Assembly (NCBI GenBank): GCA_964016885.1
Contig: OZ024742.1
Coordinates: 74,710,001 to 74,774,000, forward strand
Direction: 5' to 3'
Length of the DNA: 64,000 bases
From: Eledone cirrhosa
Lineage: Eukaryota
The notes below the pieces were generated by a model that made no database searches, was not told where the DNA came from, and was given only the letters and a program-made list of their open reading frames with translations. The translations under genes were made by a program, and so were the position numbers. Of the stretch, positions 53,945-64,000 are shown one piece after another; the stretch's first letter is position 1, and each line of letters starts with the position of its first letter.

Positions 53945-56900
53945 ACGATATTAATAAATGGAAACTATATTTATAAAACCATATTTATTTCATTATACAT
54001 ATTTCAGGGATACCACATTAAATTATGGTATGCCTTCATCAGACAAAATACAATATATAACAGTTTTACAAATAGGTTTGACGTACCCTTTAAAATACAA
54101 CCATTACTTTTGGAGGCTGTCTGGATAGTGATTTGTTCATATAATAAGTCATAGTGTGAAGCACAATTAGAAAAAGACGGAGAGAAAGAAAGAGAAAAGA
54201 ACAAAGACAGAGAGAGAGAGAAAGAAAAGAGAAAGAAAACCTAGAGAAATATCGGAGAGAGAGAGAAAAGTATGGAGAAAAGAAAGAGATAGATAAAGAT
54301 AGGAGAAAATAAAAAAAGTAAAGAAAAGGAAGGAATAAGAAAAACAAAGGAATAAGAAAAACAAAGGAAAGCAACAGAGAGATATCAAGTCATCATACAG
54401 AAAGAGAACCCCAAGAGAGAGAAATACTATATAGAGAGAGGGGGTGGGGGGTGACAGTGACAACTTTACGTCATGTCATATTAAGTTAAGTTAACAATTT
54501 ATATGAAATGAATAATAAAAATATAAATATAAGTATCAATATTCATGAATGGGACATAGATATATAATATGAGAAATGTAACATTGTTCAATAATGACCA
54601 TATGTTTAGTTTAGAAACTTGAGATCAATATACCAAAATCCGAGTTCAAAATGTACCCTTGGTATAGAGATTAGTATTTTATGCAAAGACATACAAATAC
54701 ATATGTATATATACATACATATAGATACGCACGTCCTGAAAATAGAAATTATGTTTACTCAAGCCAACAATATAGCCATACATAACGTAAATAATTTCTC
54801 TTAATCACTGCTATTTGTGTTATAAAAATTTCACAGTATATATATACAAATATATACGATTAACAATCATGTCCTCATATATACGATTACCATTCATGTG
54901 TTTCATATTATGCACATCTGCAACATACCTCTCAACCACATAGATATATACACACACATATATACACATACATATGTATAATAAATATTTGCGTGCGTCC
55001 TCATGCATCACTCATGTATATATACAGACACATATACAAACACAAAAAATCTATAACACTTTCTATGCATGTTAATACACACATATGCATTTGTATAGAG
55101 ATAATCCAATATCAATAAATTACCAAAGGGTTATAATTTGTAAATATAACCATAACAATACAAATTTAAAATGCAACTACACAGTCAAAAGAAATCTAGA
55201 AATATCAAAGCATTAAATATTAAAACACTATAGAGTATCTTAAGTTAAAATAATATGTTTTATATATTTAGTATAGAAATTTATCCTACGTATATCTCAA
55301 TCAAGATATTGAGAGGGTAGACTTGTGAAAGTTATGAGAAGCTATCATAATCAAAACAAATAAAAATAATTTAAAAGATTTAAAAAATTTTAAAAACCCA
55401 ATGATTCTACAGATAACCTTATATTTATATTTAATATAGAAATTTACCTTACGTATATTTTATTTAATACATTGGAAGTATAGACATTTTAAAGTAGTTT
55501 ATTATATCCATGTTTATATTTAGGAAGGAAGTTTAAAAAGAAAAAGGTGAAGGAATCTAATGGATTATCGACAGGTTCTATATATTAACTAAAATTACTT
55601 AATTAATTATACTATATTTTAAATTTATATTTATATTTAAATGTTGAGTTCAATCTATGTCTGCAGCAACTGAATAAATTGTTTCTCAGATTAAGGGAAT
55701 TTTTGGACTTTAATATAAAGAATATTTCTTCAATACAAAGATCACAATTTTCTGAAGAGGAATTAAAAGGAGTGCCCTTTGAGATAATATTCCAATTCAT
55801 CGAATGTTTAATATTATCTCGTTTTAGGTCCCATAGTAGGCTAGATAGCGAAGTTGAAGATTTTTTGTTTGGATCTGTGAAAGAATTCTTATGATTATTG
55901 AAGCGAAATTTAAATACTGTAGAGGTGGAACCAACATAGTTAAATGAATTTAAATTAGTTTTAACATTACAATTGTACACTACATTTTTAGCTAAGCAGT
56001 TGTTACTTAACGAACAGTTAGATTTATTTCTACAGTTACAGTTATTTAATTGAATATTGTTTGGGTTATTATTGGTATTTTGGTTAGGTTTTAAATTCCT
56101 ATTATAATTCTATTAATATTTTGTGCTAAGTTTTTGGTGGACGAGTAAGTTAATTTTATAGTGTGTCTATTAAAAATTGAGTGATATTTATGTGTTCTAG
56201 GGAAGCGTGTGTCAAGAGCTTTAAAGAATAGTTTAGCAATAGGGGTTTTAATATTTAGTGAGAAAGGGGGAGCAAACCATAATATATTTCTAGTTCTATT
56301 TCTTTTTCGGCTTTTGGAATTATTGTAATGATTTCTATTATAGTTGTTAAAGTTGTTACCGTAATTGAAATTGTTATTATTTTGGTTAGTTTGCTTATTA
56401 TTATTATTATCGATGTATTTAATTTTATTTCTATATCCAGCTCTAGCTAATGCTTCGTTGTAATACTGCGCTTTTTCATCAAATATATTTTTATTAGATG
56501 AAATTCTTGAAATTCGTTCTTGAACAGAGTTCACTATAGTATTTTTAACAGATCTGGGGTGATTAGAGTTAAAGTTGACATAATTCAAGTTCTCATTTAG
56601 TTTGTGAAATGGATAATGAAGACATGTGTTGAGGTTTAGTGTTACATCAAGAAAATTGACTATTCTATGGTTATTCTCTATTTCTATTTTTAGATTAAGG
56701 TAATTAAAACATTGTATAATTTGTTTTCTTTTTCTATTTAGTTCACAGCTATTATATTCTATAAGTAAAAGCATGTCATCACGATATAAACCTCCGGTTA
56801 CACCTGGTATTTTTCTATGTAGCGAATTAATTATAAATAGGCCCACAAGGTCCGTTACCTGAGCTGAGTCTGATGATCCCATAGTTATGTCGGAATTATT

Positions 56901-57790
56901 ATTTCTATCTGCCCTAGTCCAGAGTTGGTTATTAAATTCTATCAATGTTTTCCTTGCCGATAATATAATGTGCATTTCATTGCTAGTTAGGTCAGTATGT
57001 TTAAATGCGTAATTTAGTGCCTTATTCAGTAGATTAGGAGTGATAGATGAATAGTAGTTAGCGATATCCAGCTGAATAAACTTATTATTAGAGTTATATT
57101 TAATTTTTTTAAACCAATCAATAACCTCACTAGTTCCTTTCCATAAATTTAAGTAAGATAAATTAGGTAAGTTTATAATTTGTTGTATTACCCTGTCTAG
57201 AATAGTTTTGCTAAGTTTTCCCAGGTCAGATTTGGATGGTGCAATTAATCTGACTGGTAAGTCATTTTCAAAGCTTCTTTTGTGATCCTTCATATTGATC
57301 TTGGGTTTTCTAGGCATGAAGGGTTGTGTTTTATTCTCAATGTCTAATTCATGCATTATACAAGATGCATCTGTATTAAGTTTTTCCAGTTCATCCTTAC
57401 TTGTTACCTTGTACTTTTTCCTTAGTTCTTTGTCTCTCTGTCTTTGTTCTTTTCTCTTTCTTTCTCTCCGTCTTTTTCTAATTGTGCTTAACACTATGAC
57501 TTATTATATGAACAAATCACTATCCAGACAGCCTCCAAAAGTAATGGTTGTATTTTAAAGTGTACGTCAAACCTATTTGTAAAACTGTTATATATTGTAT
57601 TTTGCTGATGAAGGCATACCATAATTTAATGTGGTATCCCTGAAATATGTATAATGAAATAAATATGGTTTTATAAATATAGTTTCCATTTATTAATATC
57701 GTATATCTACTCCAAAAATTTGTCGAGTGCTTTATATCAGTTATAAAAATATTTACTTGTTGTATCCCAACAATTTTAAATAGAAATTTT
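53945..57790 (-). mobile_element. Naiad-type Penelope-like element with 5' inverted pseudo-LTR
   Basis: ORF plus 3' pseudo-LTR with HHR at 53986-54050 (-); inverted copy of the 3' end at about 57433-57790 with HHR at 57598-57661 (+). Confidence 0.9.
55612..57430 (-). pseudogene. PLE reverse transcriptase + GIY-YIG endonuclease (5'-truncated, one frameshift near 56100)
   Basis: QLDIANYYSSI, MGSSDSAQVTDLVG, GLYRDD, FLDVTL, SNHP, ILWFAPPFS; linker CNCRNKSNCSLSNNC; VVY...YVG, RF.NH, CDLC, CRH. Confidence 0.92.
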
Positions 57791-58531
57791 GTATATATGT
57801 ATATATATATAAAAACTAGAAATTGATTGACATATATATATATATATCTAAAATAAACATATGGAACAATCACAGGGAATAATTTGTAAAAGTGTGTAAG
57901 CACACATAGCTAAGTAGGTAACTAATTAAAGTTTAACTAGAACTTCAAAAATTGATTAATCTTCTCGTGTATATTTCATTAAAGAAATATATTTCACCAT
58001 TAATCGGTCGGTAAACCACAGTAGCCAAATATCGTATTTTCAACAAGGGAGAAGATCTAACTATCTGTGTTTACACAGAAAATTCAAATCTGCGAATGAC
58101 TAGCAGCACGTGTCGTATCTTTTTAAAAATACACATCGTATCAGCTTCATCCCAGTGGCGTGACTAGGGTTATCGACAACTAGAAATAGCAGCCGAGTCC
58201 TTTCAACTGAGTTTGCTCTACAATTAAGGGGCTGTGTGTATATCCAAAATTAAATTAAGGGTGTCATGTTGGAGAGACATGCGCCATATCCACCGTAGAA
58301 TATGCTCCAAGATTCCAATGAATAGATCCGAGCATTCTATTTTAACATGAAATTGATTTACATATATATATATCTAAAATAAACATATGAAACAATCACA
58401 GGGAATAATTTGTATATATATATATATATATATACATCTACATATATACATATATATACATATACATATATATACATATACATATATATATACATATACA
58501 TATATATACATATACATATACACAGGGAATA

Positions 58532-58624
<93 letters not shown>

Positions 58625-58659
58625 TCGCCGTTATGTATATATATATATCTGTATCTATG

Positions 58660-58749
<90 letters not shown>

Positions 58750-60690
58750 TATATATATATATATATAGATATATATACAATATGTTGAAAAGGTAACATA
58801 CCAGAGAGAGATATACAGTGCGTTATCAATAAAACAGGGAAAAAAACCCACCAGTGTATGGAATCTATAAACTATGAAAGGCAGACTATAGATACGATAA
58901 TTAAAAAATATATATTAAAGCGTAAATAAATACCTCTATAACTATATAACACACGTACAAATCCAAAGACACTAATCCAAAGATATGTTTCACCAATAAT
59001 TTGTTGAAAGAAATGGGTTAGCCTCGGTTCATCAGCGTGTGCAAGGCTATACATTTCAGACAACACTAAGAGAATTTTAAAATTGACTGTCCAGCTACAC
59101 GTGGGAGAGAGTAGTCACAGCGTGTTTAAGGGCAATGAACCAGTGGCCTCTGAGGGACGAACTGCTAGAAAGGGCAGCCCAAAGCCACTCAGAGAAGTGT
59201 GCCCAACCAAACAGAGATAGGAAAGACTGTTATTAGGAGCGAAATATCACGATAAATTAACGGAGGCATAGGCCCTCCCTATTCCCTGTAAATAATGTGC
59301 TCAAAGGAGAAGAGATCCTGAGCTCTTTAAAATACAATATGTTGTAAAGGTAACACACCAGAGAGAGATATACAGTGCGTTATCAATAAAACAGGGAAAA
59401 ACCCACCAGTGTATGGAATCTATAACCTATGAAAGGCAGACTATAGACACGATAATTAAAAATATAAATTAAAGCGTAAATAAATACCTCGATAACTATA
59501 TAACACACGTACAAATCCAAAGACACTAATCCAAAGATATGTTTAACCAATAATTTGTTGAAAGAAATGGGTTAGCCTCAGTACATCAGCGTGTGTAAGG
59601 CTATACATTTCAGACAACATTAAGAGAATTTTAAAATTGACTGTCCAGCTACACGTGGGAGAGAGAAGTCACAGCGTGTTTAAGGGCAGTGGACCAGTGG
59701 CCTCTGAGGGACGAACTGCTAGAAAGGGCAGCCCAAATCCACTCAGAGAAGTGTGCTCAACGAAATATATATATTTTCATTTTCATTTTTCATTTTCATT
59801 TTCATTTTTCATTACTTTTTCATTAATTTTTCATTTATTCTCTATTTATTATTTATTTTCTGTTTTCTTCATTTTATTGCCTTCTATTTCTTCATATACA
59901 TGGCAGAACACCCCCACCCCCACCACCACGAGAGATGGTGGCAGGAGGGATGAAGAAACACACACACAGATACTTCTAAATGTCAGCAGCAGCAAGACAT
60001 AGGCTGACCACAACACCAACAACACTATCAAAATAAGGGTACAGGTCAGATGTACTTAACAATAGCAAATAAAAACACCACAGGGAGCCTCATCCCAGAA
60101 AGAATTTCTATAGACTTTTGACTGAGGAATGCTCTCAAAACTGATCAATGGGAAGAGTGACCTTACAAATCTTTATAACATTGAGATGGGTATAACATAC
60201 ACACATTTTATTTGATTATTTGATTATTTTATTTTGTTCCTTTACCATCTTATCCCTTCTACCACTTTATAATTTGTTTGAGCTGACTCCAACAACAACA
60301 CCACTACCGACATAAGAGTAGAGGTCAGATGTACCTAACAGTAACAAGAACAACCACTACAGATTGCCTTGCCTCAGAACGAATTTCTATAGACTTTTGA
60401 CTGAGGAATGTTCTAACAACTGACCAATGAGAGGAGAAGAGGTCCTCTGACGCTGAAATTCGTTTGTTTAAATTCATATGATTCCAGTTCTTCAGTGAAA
60501 TAACAACCCAACCAGGAACGGGGCATATCAGAGTATTGACAAAGTTAAGCACCTCAACATGTGTACTCGTCTCTACCACACTAATTCGGACTGCCTGAAG
60601 AGGTCACAGCTAAAGATGGCTGTCACCTAAATATATATAGCAGTAATAAACGAAGCCAAATTTTAAACATTTGAATTATTTATTTTATTT

Positions 60691-60756
<66 letters not shown>

Positions 60757-60949
60757 CGTTTCTGAATTTGTTTAGCAAGATTCTTTATCTAAAATCGTGT
60801 GTTGAAACCGATATTGTTATACTTTGGGAGTGTCATGTTGCCAATAAGAAACACACGCACCAGTTGCTTTCACTTCAATTTATTATATATTTATAAATTT
60901 ACAAATTTACAAATTTCTGGTTGGTTGGTTGGTTCCAAAACCAGATAGT

Positions 60950-61700
60950 TGTTTATATATAATCATAGTCCTTTCGTTACACACTCTGTGACCTCTTCAG
61001 TGACTGGGGATTCCTTTCTTTGTTTCTGTGCCTTTCCTTTCTTCTGTCCTACGCCATTTTGTTTCTGTCTGTGTGTTGTGTGCTCAGTTTGCGCATGCGC
61101 CACATCCGGGTGTCTGTGTGTGTTTATGTTCATTTATCTATTTGTTTATTTATTTATTTATTTATTTACATGTTATTGGTTGGTTGTTTGTTCTATGTGT
61201 GTGTGTGTTTTCATTTTGTCCTTAATTGTAAGTTGTGATGTTGCTGTTCCACTCATATTTTCTATTTAATTTTGGTTGTAATTCTTTTATGTTTATTGCC
61301 TCTGTAATTTGTCTAAACATTGCATCTTTTCTGTGTGTAGATTCTATTTTTATTTCTATGTTCTCTAATTTACTCTTGTGTTCTATCTTAGCATGTTGGT
61401 AGAGTACAGATGATTCTTTATTATCTTGAAGGTCTCGCCAGTGTTCATTTATCCGTTCCCCTATACTACGAGCTGTCTCACCTATGTACACTATATTTTT
61501 GTTTCTACATTGTCCTTCAGTACATCTTATGCTATACACTACATTTCTAGTTTTACAGTTAATATGGGGGCTTATTTTACAGGTTATACATTTCTTATCT
61601 ATACATGAGGGTCTTTGAAACGGGTATGTCTTGCTAATAAGTGTTTTTACGGAGGTACCTAGTCTTTCTACTATCTTAATATTGAGTTTATGTTTATTTA
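60950..61700 (-). mobile_element. PLE 3' fragment (GIY-YIG) with decayed HHR at 60967-61006
   Basis: VYSIRC...YIGETARSIGERINEH...SVLYQH...RQITEA...LN; AGTCA-CTGAAGA...GAAA-GGACT lacking stem III. Confidence 0.85.
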
Positions 61701-62148
61701 GGGCCCTTTATTTAGGGCATTGCACGATAGCATTAATTGATAATTATTAATAATGTTATATCGTGCAATGGTCATACTCGATAACGAGGGGGCAGCCATC
61801 ATATATATATATATGATGGCTGCAACTCGATTTCGAGTAATGCCATTGCTTGATACTTAAGCATGAGCATCACGGGCATGGCGTCCTAGTCCTGATAGAG
61901 GCTTGCCTATGGTCATAAATACCATGCATCGCAAAAAGAATGTCACATATCAAGCAATGCCTGTGCTTGAAGCTTTTTTAAGTGAGGAAAGGCTTTGCAC
62001 TGAACATCGAATGCATTTACCCAAAAAGAAGAACTGGTCTACACCATTGGATGCAAACGAAGTCGCAGGTTTTATATCAGAGTAACCTTCTCCTAAAGAG
62101 ATGTCTTAATGAGGACTAGGAGTCCCTCACTCCATCCCCAAAATACTT

Positions 62149-62193
<45 letters not shown>

Positions 62194-62198
<5 letters not shown>

Positions 62199-62478
62199 GA
62201 TGAAATCGAAAATGCAACTGGAGTCTTATTTAAAAAATATAAATATATATATTTATTTTGTTCCTTTACCGGTTTCGCAGTTCTTCTGCTTTTCAAAAGT
62301 AGAGTTGAGATGGCGGGTCTGTGGTTTTTCTCAGATGTTAGAAAAACCACAGACCCTCCATCTCAACTCTACTTTTGAAAAGCAGAAGAACTGCGAAACC
62401 GGTAAAGGAACCAAATAAATATATATATTTAAAAAAAAAAAAATAAGACTCCAGTTGCATTTTCGATTTCATCTTTTT
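62194..62478. repeat. Fold-back pseudo-LTR pair with variant HHR in each arm
   Basis: Arms 62194-62331 and 62340-62478; CTT-TTGAAAA-GCAG-AAGAA-CTGC-GAAAC-CG-GTA-AAG at 62372-62408 (+) and 62263-62299 (-). Confidence 0.85.
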
Positions 62479-62540
62479 TCTTTATACTTTCGCTCTTGTA
62501 GGACACCTCGGTTATTTTTCATTTTGTAAAAAAACCTCAC

Positions 62541-62673
<133 letters not shown>

Positions 62674-63290
62674 AACTAGAAATTGATTGACATATATATA
62701 TATATATCTAAAATAAACATATGAAACAATTACAGGGAATAATTTGTAAAAGTGTGTAAGCACACATAGCTAAGTAGGTATCTAATTAAAGTTTAACTAG
62801 AACTTCAAAAATAGATACCTTATAAATTGATTAATCTACCTTGTATATATTTCATTCAAGAAATATATTTCACCATTAATCGATCGGTAAACCACAGTAG
62901 CCAAATATCGTATTTTCAACAAGGGAGAAGATCTAACTATCTGTGTTTACACAGAAAATTCAAATCTGCGAATGACTAACAGCACGTGTCGTATCTTTTT
63001 AAAAATACACACATCGTATCAGCTTCATATCAGTGGCGTGACTAGGGTTATCGACAACTAGAAATAGCAGCCGAGTCCTTTCAACTGAGTTAGCTCTACA
63101 ATTAAGGGGCCGTGTGTATATCCAAAATTAAATTAAGGGTATCATGTTGGAGAGACATGCGCCATATCCACCGTAGAATATGCTCCAAGATTCCAATGAA
63201 TAGATCCGAGCATTCTATTTTAACATGAAATAAATTTACATATATATATATCTAAAATAAATATATGAAACAATCACAGGGAATAATTTG

Positions 63291-63322
<32 letters not shown>

Positions 63323-63436
63323 CATATATATACATATACATATATATACATATACATATATATATGCATATACATATATATACATATACATATACACAGG
63401 GAATAATATATATATATATATACATTTTTTTTACAA

Positions 63437-64000
63437 AATGAGGTTTTTTTTACAAAATGAAAAATAACCGAGGTGTCCTACACGAGTGGAAGTATAAAGA
63501 AAAAGAGATGAAATCGAAAATGCAACTGAAGTCTTATTTTTTTTAAAAATATATATATTTATTTGGTTCCTTTACGGAAAGAGAAACAAATTCAAGGTAC
63601 GTCCAATATTCTATCATATATCTCAACACACAACCCAAGAAATGCGGAAGCTTACAACACTATTCACAATAACATCCCACTACTAAAACAAAACCCAAGA
63701 ATGAAAAAAGCCCTTGAAACACACAAAATAATCAAAAGCAAAAGACAACCAAAATCACTGAAAACATTACTCACCAATGCCAAATTACCTACCACAAACC
63801 CACAACCAAGTATCAAAAAATGTGGTCGCTCTAATTGTGGAACCTGCACTAACCTCATTGAAGGCAACACGTTTACATTTAAATCAGGACAAAATTTTAC
63901 TGTAAAAAATCACTTCACTTGCTCATCAAAAAATCTAATTTATGCCATTAAATGTAAAGGATGCAATGAAGATTATATAGGACAAACTAAACTCGCACTC
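63437..64000 (+). mobile_element. PLE fragment (linker + GIY-YIG start) preceded by an inverted pseudo-LTR; runs off the window
   Basis: + frame KRQPKSLKTLLT...CGRSNCGTC...FTCSSKNLIYAIKCKGC...YIGQT; 63437-63575 matches the 62194 and 43700 repeat family. Confidence 0.85.

Noticed and set aside
55612-57430. Selenoprotein recoding as described for some Naiad PLEs
   Set aside because: No in-frame TGA; linker cysteines use TGT/TGC and the ORF break is a frameshift.

Overview
Eukaryotic, AT-rich, microsatellite-dense genomic DNA. The tRNA-derived SINEs resemble those of octopod cephalopods (inference, no database search run). There is one host protein-coding gene: an ANL-superfamily acyl-CoA synthetase (ACSF2-like, about 543 aa, + strand, coding exons 40150-40298 and 47878-49360). 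The rest is mostly decayed mobile DNA: an autonomous-type Helitron (15213-21160, -), two non-autonomous Helitrons, a mariner, a PHD-finger-bearing CRE-like retrotransposon, Tx1/L1-like and RTE LINEs, SINEs and many Penelope-like element (PLE) pieces, including a Naiad-type RT/GIY-YIG element. The most notable signal is non-coding. I found by eye about two dozen hammerhead-ribozyme (HHR) motifs, intact or decayed, in PLE pseudo-LTRs sitting in or beside (TA)n tracts as tandem or fold-back copies. They include (i) a candidate non-circularly permuted, pseudoknotted HHR with covariation between two families, (ii) three diverged families sharing an AGAGUC bulge in an extended stem II, and (iii) a shared TCGAGTGCT tail motif. 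Inverted local duplications allow several insertions to be ordered in time. All structures and identities were judged by eye; ribozyme activity is untested.
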